Assembly: GCA_905331295.1 (NCBI GenBank) | Contig: CAJNYD010000480.1 | Location: forward strand, 1-58,926 | Length of the DNA: 58,926 bases | From: Rotaria socialis | Taxonomy: Eukaryota | Direction of reading: 5' to 3' | Shown: in pieces, positions 13,101 to 28,100 of the stretch | Layout: each line of letters opens with the position of its first letter | How positions within the stretch are numbered: position 1 is the first letter of the stretch | Translations under genes and position numbers: made by a program | The notes under the pieces: model-generated | The model's input: only the letters and a program-made list of their open reading frames with translations | Databases searched by the model: none | Told to the model about the DNA's origin: nothing

Positions 13101-16100
13101 GACCTTCGAATTAAGCCCCAAACATCTTTATCTGTGGACTTGGGTCCTGTTTAGAAAAAAGTGATTTTGTAGCTTTCTATTCCGCACAAATATAATGATG
13201 AAGGAATACTTTTGTACTTACATTCCTGGCACTTTCATATTTATTCAATGGCGTTCTTTTTCAGATTCAGCATCAAAATGTTTTATTTCCACGTCAGTAT
13301 TTCCAGAAATTCGTATGTAGAAAAGTCTTTCAGTTGTTAACCGATGTGAAATACTATTGCAATCAGCTGCATTAGCAGACTTCGCATTTTTCCTATTAAT
13401 TACAACCTTATCTTAAAGAGAATGTAGCACCACAATGTCTAGTCGTTTGTCGGTGGTCCTATGGATCGCCACTCACGGCTAGACATTCCATAGTTAATTA
13501 TCTTTCCTCTACTAATGGTCAATTTCCATACATCGTCGGGGCAATTTAGGTGTTCTTTCTTGCAAAAATGATTTTTCTTATAATACAGGAATTTAGAGTA
13601 GCAAATTTTTACATCTAAGCTTCTTATTGAATTATTTGTCAGAGTTTTTATTTGATGATACTTCTTCAAAGTAATATCTTAGTAGAATTGTTCATCAGCA
13701 AAGTCTTGGTGGAATTCTTTTGAAAACCACTCTATATCTTCTCTGAATCTTCACTTAAGTATACCTACGGTAAAACTTCAATATCGACGTCTAGTCATTC
13801 GTGGATGGCCCTACGGACTGTCACTCACGACTAGACCTACGACAGCTCTCGGTTCTTTGAACCGAATCTTTTCGAAGAACTGTTTCCAACACACAGTTCC
13901 TTTCCAGGAACTGTAGTGAATACACAGTTCTCTGTCGGGAACCCAGATCCCCAGAACAGTTCCTGCCCAGGAACCAGATCCTCCGAATAGTTCCTACCCG
14001 GGAACCGTCTCTACCCGAACAGTTCTTGGCCCGGAACTGTGTCAGCCCGAACAGTTACTTCTCAGGAACTGTGTCCACCCGAACAGCTCCTGCCCGGAAC
14101 TGTGTCAACCCAAAAAGTTCTTGGCTGGGAACTGTGTCAGCCCGAACAGTTACTTCTCAGGAACTGTGTCCACCCGAACAGTTCTTGCCCGGAACTGTGT
14201 CCACCCGAACAGTTCTTGCCCGGAACTGTGTCCACTCGAACAGCTACTTTTCAGGAACTGTGTCTTAGGGAATTTTTCGATAGGGTTCAGGTCGAGCTGT
14301 GGGGTGATTTTTCTCAAAGACAAGTGGGGTTGTGCTCGTAACAAAAGATGCTTAGAATCCTGTTTCATGAAGACAAAGTAGGTTTGACCCAACGAGAACG
14401 ATTATACACACATACGAACTTTCTCATTGTACAGAGCAAGCTCTTTACATATTTAAAAGACAACATGTCATTTTAGGCAATGGGGGCTTTGTGTCCCTGT
14501 GCTGGAAACATTAGAGTTCCTGAAAATTTTAATTTCGCCGCAACATCGATACATACGTATGTGTAACTTTCACAAAATGTACAATCGAAGGAAAATTTCC
14601 ATTCTTTCATGAATCTAGGGTGTAGTGTGTTTCCAAATAATATGCATATTGTTTGAAAAAAAACTTTTTAACGGACTAGGGTTGTGACAGTTCCGTTTTA
14701 GTTCAGATCTGATGATCTGTTTCGATCAAAGAACTGTTCGAACAGTTCAGTTCCGACCAAAGAACTGTATGACACAGATTAGTTTCGATCAAAGAACTAT
14801 ATGACACAGATCAGTTCCGATCAAAGAACTGTTCGAACAGTTCAGTTCCGATCAAAGAACCGTTCGAGCAGTTCAGTTCCTGCCGATGAACTGTTGGACA
14901 GAGTTCAGTTCCTACCGAGGAACTGTTTGGCATAGATCAGTTCCGATCAAAGAACTTTTGACACAGTTCCAAAGATCGGAACTAATATGGAACTGTCGTA
15001 GGTCTACTCACGACTAGCCGCTCCAGCTCTCGGTTTGTTTTATTAATATATTAATCATCTTTAGAACACAATATTGCATTCAGTTTGAACTCTTGACACC
15101 AAATTATTTGTGTTAGTTAATCTGCAGACCCGAAAATCTCCCTCTTATTGTCGGAAAGATGAATTCACTTCGATTTTCTCTGTAGAATAAACGCCACGGA
15201 TCATTGCATTTTAGCACATCAAACTGACTATTTCTATGTGTCACACTTATCTACATATTTAACTATTATCGATATTTTGGCCCTTAACTCATTCTGTCAG
15301 AAGACACACATATTAAAGCTCAGTAAATAGCTCTAAATTATTTTAATTAGTGATACTAATTTATTATAGATTGCAATCTCCAACTTGACGCTAGCGTCAA
15401 ATGTGAAACTTGAATTCAATTGAAAATCGAAATTTTCAACTTTCAGCTTTCAACTAATAGCAATATATGTGTGAGCCACCAATGCTGCTGGTTTAAAAGT
15501 TTGAAAATTGCAAAATTTCAAATTTCAATTGAATTCAAGTTTCAAGTTTGACAAATATGAATTTTTATTGGTTTACCGCATACTGAAATCCGATTGTATT
15601 GTCAAGCATACAAAAACGTTTAAAGATTTTTGAAGCTGCGTATAACCCGTTGTTTCAGAAAAGGGAATAAAATACAACATTTATGCAGGAAACACAACTT
15701 TTTTTAATTGTAGCTCAATATAAAAAATATCGTAATAAACGGAGCTTTCATTTTGAAAAATGTTCATTATAGGTTGAATGTTCTCATCGAAGTATTGTTT
15801 CCTGTTTGGATTCTTTATCTCAAGTCGACATGATGACTGCCAATTCGATTGTTTTGCAAGCGAGTCCGTGCTCTTTTTATTTTCACTTTGAAGAGATCAT
15901 TGGTGCTTTATATTTTGGTGGTACACTTGTTATGCTTCCTTCAAACGGTAATCGTGATGCACAATATATCTGCGCTTGCATTGAAAATCAACAAGTTACG
16001 GTTGCTTTCTTTGTTCCATTATCTATGAAAAGTTTATATGGTTATGTGCAAGATTCGTCGAATAATTATCAACCAGCTTTACAATCAATAAGAAGATTAT

Positions 16101-19100
16101 GCTCAGTTGGTATGTAAATATTGCTTCGATTAGTTTATTTTCTATAGAGACTAACTTATGATGAACTCAAATATATTAATTGTTCGCATTTATCTTTTTT
16201 ATCCTTATTCTTCGTAGTGAATCGCGACATGACTGAAATCAGTTTATGTTTGGGCAATATATTTCTCTGCACGAGTAACATCAACTTAACATTTGATTCG
16301 TAAAAAAATTAATATATTGCCATATCTATCTGGCTGCTCTAATATATTTCTTGTAAATTATGTGCAGTTTCTCGTCATCCACATTCCACCGTGAGCATCC
16401 ATGTTTGGTTTAACAGAGCTTTCTACTTTTCATTCATTAATCGACTGAAACTTACATAAAATATAGTTAATTCATAGTTATAAGCGAGCGAAGACGTACG
16501 GGTATGGATGTGGGTACAACTCTTTATTAGCCAACACACTGTAAAAAAAAAGGTATTCCACGGAACCAAAAAAGGATCTGAGCGCGGGCACACGGTCAGA
16601 TCCTTTTTAGGTTTCGTAGAAAAAAGGTTCCGTATGGAACTTCTTCTTGGTAAATGGAAAAAATGGTTTCGTACACATGGTTCCGTACGAAACCTCTGTG
16701 AAATTCTGCTAAAAAGGTTTCGTACACATGGTTTCGTATAAAACTTTCCGAATCATACTCATCTGATGAGGAACCCCTTGGAAGTGATGCATGGTTTTTG
16801 AGTTGAGCTGCCGTACATATGGTCGATTTCAGTGAGATATGGAAAACCCTGAAGGATGCCTTTTGTTAGTTCTTCATTCGAAAGTTATCATTATGTTATC
16901 AAAATTTCAGTGAAATGCCGAGGAAACCTTTGTAGCTGTCGAATTGGTTTTGAGTTTGAGCCCAGTTTGTCAGATAGATCTTAGTGAAATATAAAAAGCT
17001 CGAAATGAACGATGATTCATAAGTATTCTATAGAAAGTTGCAGACATTTTCTTGAATTTTAACCTATAGTGTGGCTGATATCAGTGAATTGAATGAGGCT
17101 ATTTCTATTTGAGATTTCGTGAAGAGAGTAATTCACTTATCAGGGAAATGCTCTAAAGGTTTTCCTCAAAAGCACACATCTTTTCCAGAGTTTTCAAAGC
17201 TCAACAATACCACTAGTCTCTAAAAAAAGGATAATGAAATGTGGTATTTTCCATGAACTTTACTATCCCTAGGAAATGTGCATTCTTGTAAAATAAACCT
17301 TTTGGGACATTTCCCTAATAAATCAATTCTTCTCTTCATTAAACCTTAAATAGAAATAGTCTCATTCAATTCCCTGATATCTGCAACACTAGCTTAAAAT
17401 TCAAGAAAATATCTGCAACTTTCTACAGAAGACTTATTAGCCATCGTTCATTTCGAGCTTTTTATATTTCACTAAGATCTATCTGACAAACTGGGCTCAA
17501 ACTCAAAACCAATTCGACAGCTACAAAGGTTTCCTCGGCATTTCACTGAAATTTTGATAACATAATGATAACTTTCGAATGAAGAACTAACAAAAGGCAT
17601 CCTTCAGGGTTTTCCATATCTCACTGAAATCGACCATATGTACGGTAGTTCAACTCGAAAAACCATGCATCACTTCCAAGGGCTCCCTCTTTAGACAAGA
17701 AAGAGAAAATATTGTTTACCTCAAACCCGTGAATAAGTCTTCCTAAAAAAAAAACCCGACAAAAAGCATAAACTTACTTCCATATCAAGATTGCGAACTC
17801 GTCCACAGGAAACAAATAACCAGTTATTTTGACCAATAAACTAACATGAAAAGTAGCATCTCAACCAAGTCTGAAACAGAAAAACAATCATTTGTAAAAC
17901 AAAATAGATTAACTTCTAAATCGAAAAAAGGAATCGATCATGAACGGAAATAAGACTATATTTAAAGAAGAAAACTTACATTTAAGCTTCCATTGAATAT
18001 TCATCCGTGTCCGGTTAATATAAGCATTAAACGAATAGAATAGTTGCTAAATCTTATCACTATGTGTTATATTTACCTAGATTTGCTGGGAGTAGAATAC
18101 GAGCTAGAATTTTCTCCGCTATTCGCACGAAAGTGGCATCCTAGTTAGTTGTTTTTGAGACAATCCTAAATAAGAAAAAAGAACAGCAACTTATATTGTA
18201 AGATTCAACTTACGATTAAATGAATTATTCCCATATACCTAAAATATTTAAAAAAACACCAATTCCTTATATCATATTAAATTTGCAATTCAATTGACCA
18301 GAGAGACATTACCTGCGTATTCATAATTACATGTGACGTATCGTAGAAGATAAAAGAACGATCATACTTGGAAAGATATCCATAATTAATCAATCGATTT
18401 TGGAGATACCACTAACCGGCTCTACCATTCAGCTATCGCATCCATGTGATCGATAAAACGATGAAGGATCCCGATTCCTCGACCACAATAAACTAGTCTA
18501 AACTTCGATCAAAATTAAGATCGGAGTTGAAATGAAATGTCTAAATTTACAGCACTCGATTTTTTGATGGACCCAATATCTGACCAATGGGCGCTCGGAT
18601 GGAAAAAGTAATGACGGATTCGGATTCCTTGACATTGATAACCTATTTCGAACTTCAATCCGAATTGAGATCGGAGTTGAAATGAAATGTCTAATTTCAC
18701 AATCCTTAATTTTTTAATAGACCCAATATCTGACCAATGGGAGCTCAGATTGAAAAAATGTTAACAGATTTAGAATCCTCGACATCGATAGCCTAGTAAT
18801 GTTTTATATGACTTAAATCACATTGCGAAAATATAGAATCTGGCTTCAAGCCAGACCATGTTTCGAAAAATGGTTCAGCATTTAAAAAATTGATGCAGGA
18901 CGGATCCTTTTCAAATATCCGCAACTGTTGAGGATCTGAGATGGGTCTGTAAACTAGCCTGAACCCTGGATGGTTAATTAATGAGCGAATGAAACGTTAA
19001 AAGGTTCAGTATCTTGGCTAAAGCCATAACTGGTTCCCTATACTTTGTACGGATCTATTGGTGGTTCCCCGAACTATTTCATGGTGTCGTATACAGTGTA

Positions 19101-22100
19101 CGAAAGCAATAGGTGTTTCACTACTTATTTTGAGGTTTGGTATACATACTTCAAAACTACAGATAGTTTCCAAAGCCAGATATATGATTTATGTGAATTA
19201 TGTAACACGATTGATGGTTCCGTATATCTGTTACGAAACCATGCATGCCTCTATAAGGGTTGCAAAAGTATCGCATTCACGTTACGAAACTATTACTTAC
19301 TTCGAAAGGCATCAATTGGTTTTGGATATCTTTTGCGGAACCATTAACGGTTTCGTTCAGTTGTCTGAAGGTTCAGCAGACATACTACGAAACTTTTGGC
19401 AGTTTCATATAGTATCTAAAAGTTCCGGAGAGACTCTACGAAACCATTCTCAGTTGTTTAAAAGCTCTAATCGTTCCGGACATGTTTCACGAAACTACCC
19501 ATGGTTTTGCAAAAGATATACTGAACTATTATATCATTTACGAAAGTATAAATGGTTTCGTGTGATGCATGCCGAACCTTTGGATGCTTCGCGAAACTTT
19601 CCATTGATTCGTATAAGATACACGAAACCTTTCCTTGTTAAACGAAACTCTCATTAGTTTCGTAAGACATAAAACAGTTCAGCGTAGATCGTACGAAACT
19701 ATTCACTGTTTCATAAGTGACACAAAGGTTCAGTATTTCTTTGACGGAGCCGGAAATAGTTTTGTAGAATGTGTCCAGAACCTTTATTGTACTTTCGCAA
19801 CCCTGAATGGTTTCGAAGAACCTATGCGGAACTTTTAAATGCTGTTCAGAACTCCCAATGGTTTTGTATGAAGAATACGAAACTAGCAAAAGTTTGGTTC
19901 ACACTCAACGAAACTTCTAGATGGTTTCGTAGTGAAACTTCAAAACCCTTTACAACTTTCGGAACTTAAAAAGGTTCTTTATGGAAGTTCCGAAACTATT
20001 TTCATGCCAAGGAACTTAAAATCGTTTCGTAAAATAGTACCAAACCTCCAAAGTTCGGTAGAACACTTATTTTTTTTACAGTGCACCCGCACCCTCAAGA
20101 TAGATTTGATTTGTATCAAACATGCGTTTGTTTGTTTTTAGGTGATATAATGGAAGTCAAGGCAGCAGAAATTATTCGTCATCTGCATTCTGATTGTAAT
20201 CTATATAACATTTATGGATCTGCTGAATGTCCATTAATTACTACTTACCATGTCAGTAATGATGAACTTTTTTCTTCGAACAAAATCGATTCCTTATCTA
20301 TTGGGCAACCATGCCCCAATATAGACTATGTCATTATCGATAAGAAACAGCACTTAGTTTGTCCTGGTGAAATCGGCGAACTGTGCATTAATAGTCCAGG
20401 ATTGTTTGCTGGTTATTTTGAACGTGAAAATTTGATGAATGAACTGAAATTTCAAGTCAATGATGCTATATTTTATAAAACGGGTGACATGGTAAGAATC
20501 GATCAAAACCATAGCCTTCATTTTGTGAAACGATCTATTTTGGAATTAAACTTACATGGAAAATGTGCTCGAGAGAAAACAGTAGAACGTACAACCCCGA
20601 AGACATTCAACGGCATCGATAAGAAATTGAATTTACAATACGCTCCATCGTGGAAATCTATTGCAGAGCTGCCCATCACTCTTCCTGAGGAAGTACAACA
20701 AATGAAATTTCATCGGATATCAAATATTGTTGATAGAGGTATGCTTCTTGGTCATTCTCTTGACTTTTTCGTTTGAAAAAACAGTTCAGTAGGAATCGAC
20801 GAGAAATAGAATGAATAGAAGATAACTTTCGAAGTGTCGCTCATTAAAATGGTACAGTTCAATTCTTACTCGTAATTTCGGGTTTTCGTCCAAAAAAAAA
20901 ACATTAATATAAGAATAGGATAGTCTGACATCATTTTTAAGAACAACTCATCGACAAGTTTTTAAATCATACCACCCTAAACTGTTGTCAGCCCGCTACA
21001 TCATTTTAAACGAACATTGCGGCATACCTATTAACGACCGTGTGAATAGAACAGTACTTGGTGTAATATATCGCGATCTACTGTAAGATAATCGCGTCAT
21101 GATATCAAGCGAGACCAGGAGGCTTCAAGCAATACAATTTCTTGAAGTATAATCTATTTCAGACGCTACACGTTTTTAAACACTGAAAAAGTGCATAACA
21201 ATTTCTTTCAATCTTGATAATTTTGATATGATCGTGGTACTACTCCTGATCATCACGCTTTGTTAAATTCTATCAAAGTTTCTCAGCATTTCTCATGTGA
21301 ATTTGAATATATATTGGTGAGATTCTACTGGTCGCTGAAAATTTGTTTTATTGAATGATCTTACTCCAGTATTAGAAGGCATAGCTGTGCAAGTACGTTC
21401 TTCTTTTGTTTGTTATCTAAGGCCGTTTAGTGCTGAAGAAAACAAGTTTTGATTAACGATGGTTTGTGTAGTACATATCATTTTTACTAGGTCCATAATT
21501 TGAATTAAGTTTTCTCACTTAAAGTTAATGTTAAGCCTTAATTGATTCATTCCTACTATCCATACCGACACTAACAATACCAAATTTAGCTATTCGAGCT
21601 AAAATATGATCCCATGCTATTTGTAGGGGTCAAACCTATTTCGTAAGAAGTACTGCCTGGCTCTGACTTGGTTTTAGGTAGCTCTATAAAAATTGTTCAT
21701 GAATTTATGCTTTCTGATGGAAAGAAGCCTAACTTTCCCTAGGAGAAGATCGAGGCGTTTCTGTTTTTTTTATTGATTGCACATAAGTTATAGAAGCATT
21801 CGCATTCAAAAAGTACATTCTTCAAAAATCACTATCTGTATCTTTTAGCTCCGGCTTCTTCTGCGCAAGCTCGCATCTGGCTTGACGAACGTATACGCTT
21901 CAATCCGGAAAACCCAGAAGTTGCCATTTATAACATGTCATTTCCGTATCGAATTGCTCCTGGGAGTAGCATTCAAATAAAACAATTGCGGAAAGCATTG
22001 CAAATTATAATTTTGAAACATGAATCACTGCGTACAGCCATCTTCTTTGATTCCAATGATAATATATTGATGCAGAAAATTGTTGATGCTACGAATCCAA

Positions 22101-25100
22101 ACAATCAGCTATTTGAATTTGTTGAAAGCCAATATACTTCGGAGGAAGAATTGAATAGTATAATGCATGACGAACGTGGTAATCCTAAACACTTTAATGT
22201 TTCCATCGGTCGCGTGTGCCGATGTCGTATCGCTCGTCATAAAGAAAATTTTAACGAAGATTGTCTTCAAGGAGGGGATCTTTTGGTTTTTACGATTCAT
22301 CATTCTTTATTTGACTTTCCATCTTTGAAGGTGTTCCTTTCTGATCTCAGTGAAGCGTATATCACAAGACGGTTGCCAAGTCATAATGAAATATCTCTAC
22401 GCTATATAGACTGTAAGTTTTTTGTCTCATAGTTAGGATTAAACTAACAATATTTCTCGATGAATGTTTCAGATTCTCATATTGAACGAGAAGATTCTAT
22501 GACTATGGCTAGTAAGTTCTGGTTAGATGCTCTCCGAGATTGTGAAATCGATCAACTCTTACCGTTACCATTTGATCGACAGCGCACAGCTGAAGAATTC
22601 CATACCGGGCGTGGTCGATTGATCTCGATTGATTTCGGAGAAGAGCTATCACAATCGTTTCTTACCTACGCATCTGCAATAGATACCACACTAGAAAGAT
22701 TGGCTCTCACCAGCTTCTATATATTTCTATTCAAATTAACCAATGGTGTATCAGATTTGTGTGTAGCAATGAATATTGAAGCTCGATACAAATTAGCATT
22801 GTTTCAAATAATTGGAATGTTTGTTAATGCGATTCCTGTACGATGTAAAATTAATCCCTTTTCTCAAATCACTCAACTTATTTACACTGTGAATGCAATG
22901 TTAGAAGATACTCTTAAACACGCCTATTTCCCATTACAGCGTATTCTTGCTCAACATCCATTTTCGTCGAAACCAGCTTTTCTTGATACAGCGTTCGAGT
23001 TTCAATCGAATTCTCCTACTAACGCTTATGGTCAAAATAGTCAAGAGCTACTGGGTGATGCAAATATGTGTACTGTACCATTTTCAGTTAACATCAGCCC
23101 GCATGAAGTTGTTTGTAAGTATGACTTTTTTCTGAACGTCCGACACTGTCCAGTTACTGATCAAATGTCACTAATTATTCATTCATCTGTCGATTTGTTC
23201 GAGATGTCTACAATCGACAAAATCTCGTCCCGATTCTTCCTTTTACTCAAACAAATGCTTCTAATAAAAGAACCTGGACCAATCTGCGAATTATCGCTAA
23301 TACTGCCTGACGAGACATTTCTCATCAAATCAATAAATAACACGCAAGTATCATTCTCTCCGTTCATGTGCATTCATCATCAATTTGCTACTCGGGCCGA
23401 TGAGCAACCGCAGAAAGTGGCTGTTATTTTCGATGAACAGAGTCTCACTTACAGTGAACTATTATACTATGCTCATCGACTTTCAAAACGTTTCGAAGAT
23501 CGACAATCCCAAATCATTTGTCAATGTGTACAACGAAGTATAGAGATGATCATAGGCCAATTAGCGATTATTTTTTGTGGAGCTGCTTACTGCCCTTTGT
23601 CATCAGACAATTCATCGCTACGCCTGGCAACACTTGTCAAGGACACGGGAAGTGAACTGGTTCTTGTGCAAACATCAACTAGAAGTAGTTTCAGTGAAGA
23701 ATTTAATGAATTTCTACTTGATATCACCACCGAAATTCGTAGCATGATTGATCTCAATATGAATAGTTTACTGGAAGAGGTCAAAAAATGTGACAGTTCT
23801 CTTGATGATCGCGTCTGGTGAGTTAATCATTCTATTACCCTTTGATTAGAAGTCATAGTGCATTCCATGGCTTATTGTTTTATTTGAAAATAATATAATA
23901 CTATCCGTTCATGATTTTTTTAGGGTTTCGCTTTTCTTCAAGATCATCGATCTCAGCTATGATAATCAGTTCTATCATTTGGATTGTCAAATTTAGGATT
24001 GCAATAGTGTAGATTCATTTTTCAGTTCTCTGCCAAGCAGTAGCTCATATCATTAAGCATTTTTTAGATAGAAAAAATGGAATAAAGTCCAAGGGGAAAA
24101 AATGATTTTTTTGTCCCAAAAATCACTTAAATTCATTAAACAGTGGTCGGACGAAAATAACGGCAGAAAATCGATTTTGACCGTTAGAAAAACATGAGAA
24201 GCCATTAGAAATCACTGAAAATCACTAGAAATCATTTCATATAAAAAACTCTCCAATTATACAGTTAAAATGAACATACTGATTTATAGTGATTTCTGGC
24301 GATTTTTCTGAGTTTCTTATTATCAATGAGGATCCCCAAATTTGATGGCTATCCTTAAATTCCATCGATTTCTCATCGATTTGATTCATTAATAAACATT
24401 TTCAACGACTTTCGACAATGCGACTTTTACATATAAAACTGATTTCCTGTGATGGAAATCACTAGAAATCAAGAAATCAGTTTTCTCCTTGTTAAAATCA
24501 CTCTACAGTAATGCTCTGTTGCTTGCAGCACGATTTCTAATACTTAGCATTGGTTTCTTGCTGATGCCTGCAGAGTGTAAGCAATTAGATTTCAAGATTT
24601 GTTATTTATTTCATTAAAATTTCACATTTTGTCTTAATAGTTAACTCACGAGTTTAACGTGAACAATTTAATGTTATATTCTTATTTTTTTTCTGAAGCA
24701 CTTCTCAAAATAATACTACTGCTGATTTAGGCAATCGGTAGGATGGGCTGAACACGTATTAAACTGAGCTTGCACAAATTCTCTTGACTTCAAAGATAAA
24801 TTTCATAATCGAATTAAATCATCATTCGTCCTCACTAAATAATTCCCTATCATAATAAAATCAAAGATCAGCCATGGTAGAAAGCTGACCGTAAAGCAGT
24901 CTTTGACATACACTAAGTTTAAATGTGTCGCATGTGTCGTGATTTGCGACACAATGTACGACACATTCGAGTGCGACATCAGGTGCTCGTTGCGACATAT
25001 TAGCTCCAGCGATGGCATAACACATTTTGTACGACACATGCGAGACATTCTGAAAACACTTTTTTGAACCCACTAGCCAAAACCTTTTTAAATTTGTATC

Positions 25101-28100
25101 AAAAAGATCATGCTAATTTTTACGGTTTTAGTGTCTATTGCACAGTTTTATTTCTGAAAAATTCAACAGGCCAGATCTTGAGATCTGTCCAGTCTCGAGT
25201 CGTTCCGGTTTTTACTAGACCATTTTCGGGTAGTCCCACCAGGATCAATGACCAAGATAGGCATTTTCTCGACTAATTATTAATCAAGAAGTTATCTAAA
25301 ACATATTTAAATGAAAATACAATACTTTCGAATGTTCAATTGGGTTCTCTATATATGATCTTTTACGCAAAAGAAAAGGGTAAATCGATAGTCGACACAC
25401 AGAATGAGACAGAGGTTTTAGCGACACTATCTGTTGTGACATATTGTCGACACTGAACCTGCGACACTATTACTCGCAACACGTATATGCGACACATTTT
25501 AATTTAGAGTGTAGCACTAACGATTCTGACGATCACGCGTGTGCAACGATCCCAAACATTTTATATGATATAGAGACATAACGTATTAGGAACATACCAT
25601 ATGTGTCATAATTAACAGTTGGATTTCACTGAATCTTTAACTTTCAAACACATTATATTTCATATAACTGTTCGCCGTTACTTGAAAAGTATTAACAGCG
25701 GAGATCAAGAATATACCAGATGTGTAGAGATATACTCGACATTGGTATATGAGTGCTGTGAAAGACGATCAAAGTCCATCTCTCCAATTGTGGATGTATT
25801 GAACGGTGGAGAAACAAAGTCTTGCCTATATACCCACCATATCTAATACCTCAAATATCTCTAACATGTCCTAAGTTGATACTCAGTTGAGTTTTCAAGT
25901 TTCAAGTTTGAAACTACTGTAAAAATATCGATACCATATGAAAAAAGTATTTCACAGTATATGTTAACTCTGAATGTCGGGATACTTTTTTGCCATTGTA
26001 AAAAAAACCAGATGATTTATATAAATCTATTGTAGAGAGCAATATTTATTATTTATATCTTTTTTGTTTAGTCTTCTCTTCACTAGTGGTTCCACTGGCA
26101 CACCTAAAATGGTAATAATTTACTCCTCAGTAATCGCTAGATCTTAAATTTTATCTTTTATTTCCTCTTATTAAGTTGCAAATTACTCATCGAAATTTTG
26201 CGGCATGCATGGTATCCTTCGCACATATTGACAACTTTCATGGTAGTGAAGTAGTCATTCAAACTGCGCGATGCTCATTTGATATACATGTCGCACAAAG
26301 TTTAGGTACTCTGATACTCGGTGGCTCGGTTGTTCTAATTCATGAAGAAGGCCAATTAGACCTCGATTACCTTACCACAACAATCGAGAGACACGATGTT
26401 ACTCATATTATGATTGTCCCATCACTCTTGTCAACTCTATGCGAACATTTAATGATTTCAGATAACTTCTCCCGCCTCGCGAAGCTTCAATGGATTGCTA
26501 TTGGTGGTATGTTTTCGAGAGAAACCTTTTCTTATTATCAAATTCATTTAGATTGAAACTATTTAAAAGTTACATCTCATTTAACTGTTAACTAGAGTTT
26601 TCAATGATTTGCAACTATCAGCCACGATTGATAGTCATAATCATGATTAATACGTATGAAAGTGCATATGTTTCAACACCAATAGAGTTCATTATTATCC
26701 ACATACATAGTATGCCATTACAATTTAAAATTTCTCGACTTTCTACGTTTTGTCTTTCTTTGATCTCACTAGGCAAAAACCTTCTGCGGCAAAGAATAGC
26801 TAATATCATATGTTTTTAAATAGAATAAAACTCAGTGACAGAAAATTTAGACATATACCCTTGCTCTGAAGCACTGTGAAAAAACAACATGTACTCAAAA
26901 ATTAGCTGTTTAATTAAAAAAACTCCTGTGATGGATCAATTTTAATTTGTTCTATAAAGTTTTTTATTTTGTAGTATGAGCAAAAGCTCATAATCATGTG
27001 ATAAAGATAAATAAATATCTTACTGGAGAAGTACAATCATAGCCTTTTTTCTTTAAGAAAAGAAGCATTAGGAAGATTGTTTTCCAAGAATACAAATTTT
27101 ATTGCTAATTTATAGAAAGTAAGAGTTTCGGCTGAAAAAAAAATTAAATGTTCCTTGATGTCCATGATAGTCTAGATCTAGTTATCGTAGACTTTGATCT
27201 TATTGCACCTACTTTTTAGGTCTGCAGAATTCCTCATGTTTATTTTATTGCTGAAGTCTAATATAAAGATACCAGAGCATTCATTTCTACATCGGTTTCA
27301 GTCTACCAAAACCTATGAAAAATTTATCCTAATGACTGCACAAATGATTTCCTTGTTTTAAAATACTCGTATGTCAAAGCATAATTACAAAGCAACAATT
27401 GAAAGTCTCCTTGAGACAACGTTCATAGTAAGGAGAGAAATTGAAAAATATGAAAAGTATGATAATAATATTAATTGCATTGGACAAAGCATACTTTTTC
27501 GATTAGTTCTATAAGAATTATATTCTCTATTCTTTGTATGAAATTGTCCCTCGCTAGTCAAATTTTACCAGAATAATATTTCAAACTGCAAAAGATGTTT
27601 TGATTATCTCAATTCATTAGCTGATTTATTTATATTTATTCATTATCTGCGACTGCTCGTCATATCCTGCACTCAAAACAAAGAAAAATATAATATTGAT
27701 CTAATGAATCAATAGAAAGAGTGGTTAAGTTCATTGAGTTGATCTATGAATACAATTAAGCTTAGAGATAATTTAATCAACCAGATACTGAAGAACGAAT
27801 CAATATTATTATTTTTTACCCTTTTTGTATCGGTATGGTCGCAGACTATTTCTCTGATTATATTTTACTTTAGATCATGTTTCGCATTTCATACTATGGA
27901 TTTATGAAGTCGAAGTAAATTTTTAAAGTTTTCAGTAAACATATTTATAATAAGTTAAATTAGTAAACATATATGAACTATGACCAAGAATGAGCACAGA
28001 TACAAAGGGTGAAGTGAAGCCAGGAGTTAGTGAGACTCCTGATCTAGTGGAATTACTGAAAATGTAATATATATGGTAGTCAGTCTGAACTCCATGCGCG

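Noticed and set aside
14026..14392. Overlapping repetitive ORFs (ELCPPEQ... repeats)
   Set aside because: They are translations of the subterminal tandem repeats of the hAT element, open in several frames.
19045..20141. Cluster of ORFs up to 199 aa
   Set aside because: They lie in the subterminal repeats of the CACTA-like element and show no transposase or other recognisable motif.
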